DNA of 64,000 nt from Histomonas meleagridis 2922-C6/04-290x. Lineage: Eukaryota; Protista; Parabasalia. The stretch lies in the NCBI GenBank assembly GCA_020184695.1, contig JAANOX010000075.1:176044-240043 (forward strand), in the 5' to 3' direction. The notes under the pieces are model-generated. The model was not told where the DNA came from and did no database searches. It saw only the letters and a list, made by a program, of their open reading frames with translations. The position numbers and the translations under genes were made by a program. Below are positions 39,188-50,476 of this stretch, piece by piece (position 1 is the first letter of the stretch; every line of letters begins with the position of its first letter).

Positions 39188-41463
39188 ACAACAAATGACA
39201 ACTTCCCTCCAGTGCATTTACAACAAATGACAACTTCCCTCCAGTGCATTTACAACAAATGACAACTTCCCTCCAGTGCATTTACGACAAATGACAACTT
39301 CCATCCATTTACAACAAATGACAACTTCCCTCCAGTGCATTTACAACAAATGACAACTTCCATCCAGTGCATTTACAACAAATGACAACTTCCATCCAGT
39401 GCATTTACAACAAATGACAACTTCCATCCAGTGCATTTACAACAAATGACAACTTCCCTCCAGTGCATTTACAACAAATGACAACTTCCCTCCAGTGCAT
39501 TTTACAACAAATGACAACTTCCCTCCAGTGCATTTACAACAAATGACAACTTCCCTCCAGTGCATTACAACAAATGACAACTTCCATCCAGTGCATTTAC
39601 AACAAATGACAACTTCCCTCCAGTGCATTTACAACAAATGACAACTTCCCTCCAGTGCATTTACAACAAATGACAACTTCCATCCAGTGCATTTACAACA
39701 AATGACAACTTCCCTCCAGTGCATTTACGACAAATGACAACTTCCATCCAGTGCATTTACGACAAATGACAACTTCCATCCAGTGCATTTACGACAAATG
39801 ACAACTTCCATCCAGTGCATTTACAACAAATGACAACTTCCATCCAGTGCATTTACAACAAATGACAACTTCCATCCAGTGCATTTACAACAAATGACAA
39901 CTTCCCTCCAGTGCATTTACAACAAATGACAACTTCCCTCCAGTGCATTTACGACAAATGACAACTTCCATCCAGTGCATTTACAACAAATGACAACTTC
40001 CATCCAGTGCATTTACAACAAATGACAACTTCCATCCAGTGCATTTACGACAAATGACAACTTCCATCCAGTGCATTTACAACAAATGACAACTTCCATC
40101 CAGTGCATTTACAACAAATGACAACTTCCCTCCAGTGCATTTACAACAAATGACAACTTCCCTCCAGTGCATTTACGACAAATGACAACTTCCATCCAGT
40201 GCATTTACAACAAATGACAACTTCCATCCAGTGCATTTACGACAAATGACAACTTCCATCCAGTGCATTTACAACAAATGACAACTTCCATCCAGTGCAT
40301 TTACAACAAATGACAACTTCCCTCCAGTGCATTTACAACAAATGACAACTTCCATCCAGTGCATTTACGACAAATGACAACTTCCATCCAGTGCATTTAC
40401 AACAAATGACAACTTCCCTCCAGTGCATTTACAACAAATGACAACTTCCCTCCAGTGCATTTACAACAAATGACAACTTCCCTCCAGTGCATTTACAACA
40501 AATGACAACTTCCCTCCAGTGCATTTACAACAAATGACAACTTCCCTCCAGTGCATTTACAACAAATGACAACTTCCCTCCAGTGCATTTTACAACAAAT
40601 GACAACTTCCCTCCAGTGCATTTTACAACAAAATGACAACTTCCCTCCAGTGCATTTACAACAAATGACAACTTCCCTCCAGTGCATTTACAACAAATGA
40701 CAACTTCCCTCCAGTGCATTTACGACAAATGACAACTTCCATCCAGTGCATTTACAACAAATGACAACTTCCATCCAGTGCATTTACGACAAATGACAAC
40801 TTCCATCCAGTGCATTTACAACAAATGACAACTTCCATCCAGTGCATTTACAACAAATGACAACTTCCATCCAGTGCATTTACAACAAATGACAACTTCC
40901 CTCCAGTGCATTTACAACAAATGACAACTTCCCTCCAGTGCATTTACAACAAATGACAACTTCCCTCCAGTGCATTTACAACAAATGACAACTTCCCTCC
41001 AGTGCATTTACGACAAATGACAACTTCCATCCAGTGCATTTACAACAAATGACAACTTCCATCCAGTGCATTTACAACAAATGACAACTTCCCTCCAGTG
41101 CATTTTACAACAAATGACAACTTCCCTCCAGTGCATTTACAACAAATGACAACTTCCCTCCAGTGCATTTACAACAAATGACAACTTCCCTCCAGTGCAT
41201 TTACAACAAATGACAACTTCCATCCAGTGCATTTACGACAAATGACAACTTCCATCCAGTGCATTTACAACAAATGACAACTTCCATCCAGTGCATTTAC
41301 AACAAATGACAACTTCCATCCAGTGCATTTACAACAAATGACAACTTCCATCCAGTGCATTTACGACAAATGACAACTTCCATCCAGTGCATTTACAACA
41401 AATGACAACTTCCATCCAGTGCATTTACAACAAATGACAACTTCCATCCAGTGCATTTACGAC
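39188..41463. repeat. 32-bp tandem satellite, about 71 copies
   Basis: Unit ACAACAAATGACAACTTCC(C/A)TCCAGTGCATTT with an A/G variant (TTTACAAC / TTTACGAC); head-to-tail with no unique spacers. Confidence 0.97.
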
Positions 41464-41642
41464 ACCTGAATGAAGCACTTTGATCGGCTGCTCGAAGTGA
41501 AGACAATTAAATGATGAAGTACTTACACCAAAAGTGACATACATTCAAACTGAATTGTCGGGGTACCCTTAAAAAACAGATAATTATCTATTTTAATTAA
41601 AATCGTACTTGGAACTTTTACTAGCAAGCATAGTATAGACTT

Positions 41643-43472
41643 TTACCTGCCTTGTCCTGGTTGACTTGGTTGGCCTGGCATTCCTGGGTATTGCTGACCT
41701 GGCATTCCTGGATACATTTGTTGGCCTGGATATTGTTGTCCCGGCATACCTGGGTATTGTCCTGGTTGACCCGGCATACCTGGGTATTGTTGACCTGGCA
41801 TTCCTGGAGCTTGTCCTGGTTGTCCTGGCATACCTGGAGCTTGACCTGGCATTTGTGGAGCTTGACCTTGTGATCCTGGCATTCCTGGAGCTTGTCCTGG
41901 TTGTCCTGGCATACCTGGAGCTTGACCTGGCATTTGTGGAGCTTGACCTTGTGATCCTGGCATTCCTGGAGCTTGTCCTGGTTGTCCTGGCATACCTGGA
42001 GCTTGACCTGGCATTTGTGGAGCTTGACCTTGTGATCCTGGCATTCCTGGAGCTTGTCCTGGTTGTCCTGGCATTCCTGGAGCTTGACCTGGCATTTGTG
42101 GAGCTTGACCTGGCATACCTGGTGCTTGACCTGGCATTCCTGGAGCTTGTCCTGGTTGACCTGGCATACCTGGAGCTTGACCTGGCATTCCTGGAGCTTG
42201 TCCTGGTTGACCTGGCATTCCTGGTGCTTGTCCTGGTTGACCTGGCATTCCTGGAGCTTGTCCTGGCATACCTGGTGCTTGACCTGGCATTTGTGGTGCT
42301 TGACCTGGTTGTCCTGGCATACCTGGTGCTTGACCTGGTTGACCTGGCATACCTGGTGCTTGACCTGGTTGTCCTGGCATACCTGGTGCTTGACCTGGTT
42401 GACCTGGCATTCCTGGAGCTTGTCCTGGTTGACCTGGCATTCCTGGTGCTTGACCTTGTGATCCTGGCATACCTGGTGCTTGTCCTGGTTGACCTGGCAT
42501 ACCTGGAGCTTGACCTTGTGATCCTGGCATTCCTGGAGCTTGTCCTGGCATTTGTTGACCTTGAGATCCTGGTTGTCCTTGCATTCCTGGATACATTTGT
42601 TGATTTGGATATTGTTGTCCTGGCATTCCTGGATACATTCCTGGTTGACTTGGTTGGCCGGGACCTGGTTTACCTGGTTGTTGACCTGGCATTCCTGGTT
42701 GCATTCCTGGGTACATTTGTTGTCCTGGCATTCCTGGATACATTTGTTGATTTGGATACATTCCTGGTTGACTTGGTTGCCCTGGTCTGCCTGGTTGACC
42801 TGGCATTCCTGGTTGCATTCCAGGGTACATTTGTTGACCTGGCATTCCTGGTTGCATTCCTGGATATTGACCTGGATATTGGCCTGGGTATTGACCTGGA
42901 TACATACCTGGTTGTCCTGGCATTCCTGGTCTGCCTGGTTGACCTGGCATTCCTGGTTGCATTCCAGGGTACATTTGTTGACCTGGCATTCCTGGTTGCA
43001 TTCCTGGATATTGACCTGGATATTGGCCTGGGTATTGACCTGGATACATACCTGGTTGTCCTGGATATCCCATTCCATGAGGTTGTGGAGTATTAACAAA
43101 TGGTTGGGCACCTCTTGGTGCAAGGTGAATAAGTACGTGAAGTCTGCCTCCTTTTTTGACCTTCCTAGCTGGTGTCATTTGGATCCATTGATCATTAAGT
43201 TGTCCTACCCTCAAGCTGCCAATTTGGATATTTGTTTCAGAGATTGGATCATCCTTGAATGCATCCTTATCTTTCATTGTGATTTTAAGTGAGCCACTTG
43301 CTGTATTTAATGGGAAATGGAATTCTTCATTCCATCTTGGTGTCATAGAATTTTTAATAACGCGTGTCTTTCTTGTTTGGCCATTAAAAGTGAGGATGCA
43401 GTAGGCATCAGTAGCATTAACATCCATCCTTGGGATGTCAAGAGCTTCGATAATTCGAACGTGAAGTTCCAT
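41643..43472 (-). CDS. C2-domain protein with long Gly/Pro/Gln/Met repeat tail (XYPPX-like)
   Basis: ELHVRIIEA...DAYC...TPRWNEEF...MKDKD C2 domain followed by about 480 aa of PGQ/PGM/YPG repeats. Confidence 0.92.
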   Translation of the reverse strand: MELHVRIIEALDIPRMDVNATDAYCILTFNGQTRKTRVIKNSMTPRWNEEFHFPLNTASGSLKITMKDKDAFKDDPISETNIQIGSLRVGQLNDQWIQMTPARKVKKGGRLHVLIHLAPRGAQPFVNTPQPHGMGYPGQPGMYPGQYPGQYPGQYPGMQPGMPGQQMYPGMQPGMPGQPGRPGMPGQPGMYPGQYPGQYPGQYPGMQPGMPGQQMYPGMQPGMPGQPGRPGQPSQPGMYPNQQMYPGMPGQQMYPGMQPGMPGQQPGKPGPGQPSQPGMYPGMPGQQYPNQQMYPGMQGQPGSQGQQMPGQAPGMPGSQGQAPGMPGQPGQAPGMPGSQGQAPGMPGQPGQAPGMPGQPGQAPGMPGQPGQAPGMPGQPGQAPGMPGQPGQAPQMPGQAPGMPGQAPGMPGQPGQAPGMPGQPGQAPGMPGQAPGMPGQPGQAPGMPGQAPGMPGQAPQMPGQAPGMPGQPGQAPGMPGSQGQAPQMPGQAPGMPGQPGQAPGMPGSQGQAPQMPGQAPGMPGQPGQAPGMPGSQGQAPQMPGQAPGMPGQPGQAPGMPGQQYPGMPGQPGQYPGMPGQQYPGQQMYPGMPGQQYPGMPGQPSQPGQGR

Positions 43473-43998
43473 CTATAGAAATGATGGTTTTTTTGGAATT
43501 GTAATAAATATTGAATAATTAAAAGCTTTTTGAAAGAACGTTCGGCGTTATCCTTTCAAATAACATAATCCGTTAACTTTTCACTTCAGTCATTCAGGCC
43601 AAACAACAAAATGCCTCCTCACATTGATTTCTTCTAGTGTTTTGACTTTGGTGAGAAATTTTAATGAGAAATACTCATCATAAGAAGCTTTGTGCTTCGT
43701 TGGCATGAAGATATGTAACCATCTTCATTTTGTCCTTCAGTTTTTTTGTTTGCACATCAAGAAAACATCAATTAATATTCAAATGTTTACAACAAAAAAT
43801 ATAACCGCCCAATTAACTTCCCATTGAAAACCACTTTTTCTTAGAAAGAATTATAGTTGGGAACAGTTGAGCGTATGAGGCTTTTCGTGAAAGTTTTTTC
43901 AATAAAGCTTGTCTGTTGATAACTAATTGCAAATCATAATTTAGAAATTAAGAATAACGAATCAATAAAAAAATTGATATGTATAAATACCGCAATAA

Positions 43999-44568
43999 CT
44001 AAAAAGAATCAGTACCGATTCCGTTGATGACTTGAGCTTCTCTTCTTCGAGCCTTGTTATGTCTAATGTGTTCAGAAGTAAATTCAGGACCTTTAAGACA
44101 AAACCAATTTTCTTTCGGAGGGCGATAAAACTCTTCATCGACTCTTTTCATCTCTTCTGACAAGTGTAAAGCCTTTCGTTTCAGTTCTAGTCGAGTAGTT
44201 TCAAAAGCCCCAAATGACATTATGTCATTTTCGTATGGTGTGAAACAATTGTTGAGAACTCCGTTTCCAGGATAGCTTATTTCTTTATTTGATATAATTG
44301 AATCAGATCTAAGGGAATTGACAGATGCACGAAATTCCAGTGGTTCAATTCCAGGAATTTCTGTATCCCAATATGAATAACATAGATTTTTTGGGTCGCA
44401 TGCGTTTTTAGCTTGAAAACCTTCTAAAATTTCTGTTTTACGAAATGATAAATTATTTAATGAATTAGTCGTTTTTTCTTTGCGTCGTAAATTAGGAGGG
44501 TTTTCTTTATGTGCTTTGTACCATTTTTTCTTATATTCTTCTTGTTGGTATTGATATAGAGCTCTCAT
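43999..44568 (-). CDS. Hypothetical protein
   Basis: 189-aa ATG-initiated ORF. Confidence 0.6.
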   Translation of the reverse strand: MRALYQYQQEEYKKKWYKAHKENPPNLRRKEKTTNSLNNLSFRKTEILEGFQAKNACDPKNLCYSYWDTEIPGIEPLEFRASVNSLRSDSIISNKEISYPGNGVLNNCFTPYENDIMSFGAFETTRLELKRKALHLSEEMKRVDEEFYRPPKENWFCLKGPEFTSEHIRHNKARRREAQVINGIGTDSF

Positions 44569-45139
44569 AAATTAATTTTAAACGTGCATTTTGACTATTT
44601 TTTGTAAATGATAAAAGCTCTGGTTCCAGTTAATAATATGGAAATTAGAGAGTTTCGCATAGGGGAAATTACAGGGTGATATGTTAAACATCTAAAAATT
44701 CAACAATTGAATGTAAAATTTAACCAATTTCATATTTATATTTTTTATTGAACCTTTCCAATATGAAACTCCTTAATGTTCTTAAAGATTATGAAGAAAT
44801 ACATTATGAACAATTGTAGTTATCAAAGTGAATATAAAAAACTAAGAATGATTTTTAGTTGTTGTTACCAACAATTTTTTGTTGATTTTTTTATGAGTCA
44901 ATTTGTAATAATATTATTGTATCTTTATACTTTTGGATTTCCGTTTTGCTTTGTGAATATAATTGTTGATGTGTATACATTATAGTGTATTTTTTGGTTT
45001 TGATAATTTTCATTGTTTGAATTAAAATTAAAACATCTTTTGTTATGATACTTTTCTTCTAATGTTTCTCGAACATTTGGTCTATGAGTTCTTTATGATT
45101 AATGGAATATATGCTTCATTCCATATCTAAGTGAATATG

Positions 45140-45470
45140 AAGAATTGATGCTCATAGAAGAATCCTCTAATTTAGAATTTTCTTATTTACTGAAAAATTT
45201 TTCATGAAGTAAATTTGTTATCTGTGTAATTTGATTTGTTGAAATGAATATTTTTTGCATTAACATCCATTCCTACACCTAAAATTAATTTTACTATTTC
45301 TTTATTATTATTTCTGCAATATGAAGTTCAGTTTCAAATTATTAAAACATATATAAATTTCATTTCTTTCATTTTTAACATTATTTAATTTCAAAAAACA
45401 TTTAAAAAAATGACTTTTTATTTTTATAATTTCCAATCAGGCACATATTAATGCATTATTTATACTACCA
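45140..45470 (-). pseudogene. Decayed ankyrin locus retaining an 80-nt spacer block (locus 4)
   Basis: Minus strand TELHIA-NNNKEIVKLILGVGMDVNAKN (45250-45332, with an internal frameshift), preceded by an exact 80-nt block at 45333-45412. Confidence 0.65.
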
Positions 45471-45503
45471 AAATTTTAATTAGTTCCAGGGAAAATAAAG
45501 AGA

Positions 45504-48500
45504 TTAAAATTCGTTTACGTATCTTCCAGCTGATCTTACTCTTCCGCCTTTTCTGAATTGTGATGATCCCGAAGGTTTACCCATTGGTGGGGGTGCCCCA
45601 CTGCTCATTGGCGGGGGTGCACCGATACTCACAGGGGGTGGTCCTGTACTTATCGGTGGCGGGGGTGGCCCGGAACTTGTTGGAGGAGGTGGCGCATAAT
45701 TTGATGACGTTGGAGGAGGCGCTGTTGTTTCAGGAGGATCATTTTCATGACCTTTAATCACATGTCTTCCATTTACATAAACGTATTCGACTTCATCCAA
45801 TTTATCCAAATCAACTTCATATGATTTCTTCGAAAATGGCGAAATTTTGGAGAATAATCTTCTGAGTAAACCTGGTTTTTCTTCCTTTTCTTTTTCTTTA
45901 TTATCATCTTCTTTATTATTCTTCGGTTTTGGTTTTTCAGGTGCAGCAGGATTAAATGTTTTAATTTCAGGTTGTTTCGGAGGAGTAATTGGAGATATAT
46001 CGAAATCATCATTAAAATCGTCTACAAAATCGTTATCCATTTGATTCGTATCAAACACAACAGACTCAGGCAAAGTCGAATGCTCAATTTCGTCAGGATT
46101 TTTCTCATCTATACCATGTACAATTCCGGTTAAAACTTTATCAAACTTAATCATTATATTTTTCATTAGTCCATCATTCCCTTTGGATGTAATTGCGTCG
46201 AGATTTTTCTGAAGATTTTGAGAGACGTGTAAAAATGTCAAAATTCTTTCTTTCTCGAATCGTTCTTTTAATCTCATGTTATTCATTTTAGCCTTATCTA
46301 TGAATCCATAATCGATCAAAGCCATCGTATAATATATAGCGTAAGGATAAAAATTAATTGAAGTCTTTGAACAAAGTTGTGACATTTGGATTGAAGATAT
46401 TGTTGGATGTTTCCAATCAGATCCAACTAATGTAAATTTGTTTGGTAATTTATTTAATTGTTCTGAAGCTAAAAGTCTACAAACGTGTGACGCCGATATT
46501 TTCCCTTTATTTTCTAAATATTCGGACATGTTTCTTAATAGTTTTATATTTCCTGGTGTAAAATGTTTTAATATTGTTAACAAAATCTCTTCCCAAGATT
46601 CATTATCGAAATCTCTTGGAGCACTAATTAATGTTAACATAATATTCTTTAAAGGAGAAGGTTCAATACTTTGTTGAATGAATTCTAATGAGACGCGTTG
46701 AAACTCATTAACTGATAAAGAGTTCGATATGACTAAAGCAAATGGCCATAATTGATTCTTAATCGAATATTCTAATGCTTCATGATCTCCTTTTTCGATT
46801 AATATATTTTGAAGTTTATCTATCATTGATTGATTAATTTCGTTGTTCTGATTAAATGTAGGCGCATTCGAGTTATTATTCTTTTGTCCTTGATTTAATT
46901 GTTGTATTAATTGATATTCTGGTGATCCAATAACTTTAGAATTAGAATTAAATGTTTGCGGTAAAATTTGTTGCTCATGTTGAATCCGAACTTTAATCGT
47001 AGCCCATAGAAGTGCTTCATCTGCTGATTCACATTGTTCTATTCGTGAATTTATAAAATCGGTATTACTATTATTAACTTGTTGTGAACCTGTAAATGTT
47101 TCAAGTTGTTGTATGACTGGTAATTTCGGATATGTTTCTTTGATTGGTTTAATTTCGATAGTTAAATCTGGTTTCGATCGTAACAGTAATCCTCCAAACC
47201 CAAACGCTGATATTGGTTTCCTTCGCGTGAAAAATGGTAAACTACTATGGCCGATGTCATAAGGCTGTGATGCGCTATGTTGAATGTCTTGTTTAATATG
47301 CGTATGTGGCTTAATTGGCGGTGTCTTACGTGCTGAGTTATTAATATCGCCAATTGTTGATGAGCGCGTCATGTTAAAGTCTTTATTCGGTGGATTATAT
47401 GGTGGCGGCTGATACGAAGGAATCGTTTTAGGTATATTTGGCGGTGCTTGCGGAGGTTGATATGAAGGAACATTCTTCGGTACATTCGGTGGTGGTTGAT
47501 ATGAAGGAACGTGAGGTGGTGGTTGATATGATGGAACACTTGGAGGTGGTTGAAATGTTGGTGTGGTCTTAGGCATGTTTGGTGGCGATTGTATCTTTGG
47601 CGGTGGCTGAAATGTTTGTTTTGGTGGCGCATGAATATGTGACGCTGTCGCATTCGTGTTAGAGCTTCCGGGCGTAAATACATTAATTGTTGGCGGAGGC
47701 TGACGTATTGGTTCTTTAATTGGCGAGAATGATGGCATGTTAATGTTTGGCGGTGGTTTCACTTCTTGTTGTGGTTGTGGTTGTGTTTGTTCTGGTGCTG
47801 TATTTACAGTTGTAGTAGGCGGAGGTGGATGATATGGTTTTGAACTTTGGCCAGGTATATATATTGAAGTTGTTTGATTGCTTTGATTACCTGGAACATA
47901 AGTCTTAGGCTGCTGTGCGTTATTATTTGGAGGTTGATATGTGGGATGGCTAGAGCCGGGAACATATGCTACAGTCGGAGGCTTTGTCATTGCGTTATTA
48001 TTGTTATTAATTCCTGGAACATATATATTCGGATGCGCATTTGTCGTTGTGTGAGTAGCGCCTGGAACATATAAATTAGCATTTGTTGTTGGTGGATGTG
48101 CATTTGTCGTTGTGTGAGTAGCACCTGGAACATATACATTAGTATTTGTCGTTGGTGGAGGTGCTGTGTGTTGACTTCCAGGAACATATGGAACATTACT
48201 TGCTGTTATATATTGTCTTGTTTGTTGTGGAACATATACATTTGGTGACGAATTTACAGGTGGAGGAGGAGGTGCCGCATGTGCAGCTGTTCCAGGAACA
48301 TATGGTTTAGTTTGTTGTGGTTGAGCTCCGGGTACATAAAGTTGTGTTCTTGAATTAGTTTGTGGCGAAATATTATGTGGAACATATAGATTGGATGATG
48401 CATTGTTTCCGCCTGGAACATAAATGTTTTGTTGTTTTTGTTGCTGTGGCGCAAAAACTTTTGTTTCTTGCGCTGGGGAATTACCAAAAAATGAATCTGA

Positions 48501-49199
48501 TTGTGGCCCAAAGAGCGAACTCGCGTCGTCGGCTTGCGTCGAGCTAAATAACGAACTTGCATTGCTATCTTCTGATGCTATGGATTCCCCAAATAACGAA
48601 TTCGCATTGACTTCTTCATTGGTGGTGTTGAATAACGTGCTCGCTGTGTCGTTTTGGGAACTAAATAACGACTCTGCGTTTCCTTCTTCAGTAGGTCCGC
48701 CAAATAGTGCACCTGCATTGTCTTCGTTTGTTGTATCAAATAATGTATCCGCAGTTTCTTCTTCTTTAGGTGCATCAAATAATGTATCTTCTGTTTCCTC
48801 ATTTTGAGGTGCATCAAATAATGACTCTGCGTTTCCTTCTTTTGGTTCTCCAAACAAAGTATCAGCATTTCCTTCTTCTGGTTCTTTAAATAATGATTCT
48901 GTATTTCCTTCTTTTGGTTCACCAAATAATGTATCAGCATTTCCTTCTTCTGGTTCTTTAAATAATGACTCTGTATTTCCATCTTCTGGTTCTCCAAATA
49001 ATGTGTTTGCATTTTCTTCATCTTGTTCTCCAAATAATGTGTTAGTATTTTCTTCTTGTTCATCAAATAATGTATGAGCATTTTCTTCTTGTGGTGAACC
49101 AAATAAAGTAGATGCATTTTCATTTAAATCAGTGTTTTCAAATAGTTCTGCTGAATCATTTTTATCTTGACCGTCATCTGAACCATCGAATTGATCCAT
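45504..49199 (-). CDS. SEC16: Sec16-like COPII scaffold protein
   Basis: Central ISAFGFGGLL, ALLWATIK, QLWPFALVIS, WEEILLTIL, ASHVCRLLA, LVGSDW pattern; disordered acidic/Pro-rich N-terminus and Pro-rich C-terminus. An alternative ATG lies at 49235. Confidence 0.7.
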   Translation of the reverse strand: MDQFDGSDDGQDKNDSAELFENTDLNENASTLFGSPQEENAHTLFDEQEENTNTLFGEQDEENANTLFGEPEDGNTESLFKEPEEGNADTLFGEPKEGNTESLFKEPEEGNADTLFGEPKEGNAESLFDAPQNEETEDTLFDAPKEEETADTLFDTTNEDNAGALFGGPTEEGNAESLFSSQNDTASTLFNTTNEEVNANSLFGESIASEDSNASSLFSSTQADDASSLFGPQSDSFFGNSPAQETKVFAPQQQKQQNIYVPGGNNASSNLYVPHNISPQTNSRTQLYVPGAQPQQTKPYVPGTAAHAAPPPPPVNSSPNVYVPQQTRQYITASNVPYVPGSQHTAPPPTTNTNVYVPGATHTTTNAHPPTTNANLYVPGATHTTTNAHPNIYVPGINNNNNAMTKPPTVAYVPGSSHPTYQPPNNNAQQPKTYVPGNQSNQTTSIYIPGQSSKPYHPPPPTTTVNTAPEQTQPQPQQEVKPPPNINMPSFSPIKEPIRQPPPTINVFTPGSSNTNATASHIHAPPKQTFQPPPKIQSPPNMPKTTPTFQPPPSVPSYQPPPHVPSYQPPPNVPKNVPSYQPPQAPPNIPKTIPSYQPPPYNPPNKDFNMTRSSTIGDINNSARKTPPIKPHTHIKQDIQHSASQPYDIGHSSLPFFTRRKPISAFGFGGLLLRSKPDLTIEIKPIKETYPKLPVIQQLETFTGSQQVNNSNTDFINSRIEQCESADEALLWATIKVRIQHEQQILPQTFNSNSKVIGSPEYQLIQQLNQGQKNNNSNAPTFNQNNEINQSMIDKLQNILIEKGDHEALEYSIKNQLWPFALVISNSLSVNEFQRVSLEFIQQSIEPSPLKNIMLTLISAPRDFDNESWEEILLTILKHFTPGNIKLLRNMSEYLENKGKISASHVCRLLASEQLNKLPNKFTLVGSDWKHPTISSIQMSQLCSKTSINFYPYAIYYTMALIDYGFIDKAKMNNMRLKERFEKERILTFLHVSQNLQKNLDAITSKGNDGLMKNIMIKFDKVLTGIVHGIDEKNPDEIEHSTLPESVVFDTNQMDNDFVDDFNDDFDISPITPPKQPEIKTFNPAAPEKPKPKNNKEDDNKEKEKEEKPGLLRRLFSKISPFSKKSYEVDLDKLDEVEYVYVNGRHVIKGHENDPPETTAPPPTSSNYAPPPPTSSGPPPPPISTGPPPVSIGAPPPMSSGAPPPMGKPSGSSQFRKGGRVRSAGRYVNEF

Positions 49200-49570
49200 T
49201 TTATGACATGCTATATGAAAATCAAAATTCTTCATTCGACCAAATACATTTCTATATTATTACATAAAATATTACAACATAAATTTTTAAAATGCTTCAA
49301 ATTATTCCCTAATGAAATAGTATATAATTGTTTTTTATTTCATTGATGAAATTAGCAATTATTTTCGATTTGATAAATTCCATTCAAATCTAATAATAGG
49401 AATTTTAAAAACTATAATCATCACCATAAAAATAAATCATAATGTGAAGTTTTTATTTAAGCATCTTTTTTACAATATTTTTCATTTTAATCCAAGTTCC
49501 TCCATCCAAGATTTATGGGGTGCCCTGCATTAAACGTCTTCATGTCATAACCGCCATAGCTTCATTTGCA

Positions 49571-49903
49571 ATGACAGAAACAGATTCCGTGAATTCTATA
49601 CAAAAATCTGCAGAAGCTCTCGAAAAAGACATTGTAAAATATATGGAACTGCAGACAGAAGAACTTTCTGATACTTTTGATTTGGTTTTCAAATTAAACC
49701 AAGCAGCAATCGGAAAATATAGTGAATTAATTCATGAAGCAGACGCATTAAAAGAAAAGGCAAAATCACTTCAGGAACAAGAAATTGGAATTGCTTCTTT
49801 TTTGAGCAACTTAAGTGTTATTGAAGATGATATTTCAAAACTAGAAGCAACAATCACAAAGCTTGAAAGCTATTGCACTCTCTTGGAACAAAAGGTTGCT
49901 TAG
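49571..49903 (+). CDS. BLOC-1 subunit 2-like coiled-coil protein
   Basis: LVFKLNQAAIGKYSEL...IEDDISKLEATITKLESYCTLLE; TCATTT Inr at 49562-49567. Confidence 0.6.
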   Translation: MTETDSVNSIQKSAEALEKDIVKYMELQTEELSDTFDLVFKLNQAAIGKYSELIHEADALKEKAKSLQEQEIGIASFLSNLSVIEDDISKLEATITKLESYCTLLEQKVA

Positions 49904-50058
49904 AAGGAGATCATATTACTAAAATAATATGCAAATATGAGTATTTTATAAAATATTCGAAAAAAGATATTAACTTGAATAATGCTTAGTTCAGTGGTAG
50001 AGAAAAATCAAGGAAAAGTTGTAAATTTAATTTAATTTTTTTCGAAAAAATAATATTT

Positions 50059-50415
50059 TTATTTATTTTCATTGGCTTCCTCTTCCTCTTCTTCTTCCTC
50101 AATATCTTGCGAAGAATCAAAGTATGCACCTTTAACAATGATGGTTCCTTCACCTTCAACCATAAAAATTGCTTTCATTTCTGCATTAAAAATATATTGA
50201 ACATCTTCATCTACTTTGTTCTCTTCTGAAAGTTCGGTTAGATCATATCTAGTCATTTCTCCATCATCATCTTCTTTCACATATAATTTTGTTGCTGAAA
50301 TTGGTGAACCTTCTTTGAACTTAGCACTGGAGATATATGCTTCTTCGTTACCTTTAAACTGTGGCGTATAAGGAGAATCCTTTGAAACTGTGAATTCTAA
50401 AACTTGATCGTTCAT
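50059..50415 (-). CDS. Nucleoplasmin-like protein with acidic tail
   Basis: Short beta-rich domain ending VEGEGTIIVKGAY, then a poly-Glu tail. Confidence 0.45.
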   Translation of the reverse strand: MNDQVLEFTVSKDSPYTPQFKGNEEAYISSAKFKEGSPISATKLYVKEDDDGEMTRYDLTELSEENKVDEDVQYIFNAEMKAIFMVEGEGTIIVKGAYFDSSQDIEEEEEEEEANENK

Positions 50416-50476
50416 ATGAGGACACTTTTTTTGGACCAATTTATGTAACGGTTGCCATCGGCGTTTATTTGCTAAA

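Noticed and set aside
39188-41463. CRISPR array or coding ORFs (MHWREVVICC...) in the 32-bp repeat
   Set aside because: Units are head-to-tail with no unique spacers and no cas genes, in a eukaryotic context; the ORFs are by-products of a stop-poor repeat.
41621-43292. Long alternative-frame and antisense ORFs (500, 476, 250, 135 aa)
   Set aside because: Shadow frames of the CCAGG-rich G/P/Q/M repeat; only 41643-43472 carries a real domain (C2).
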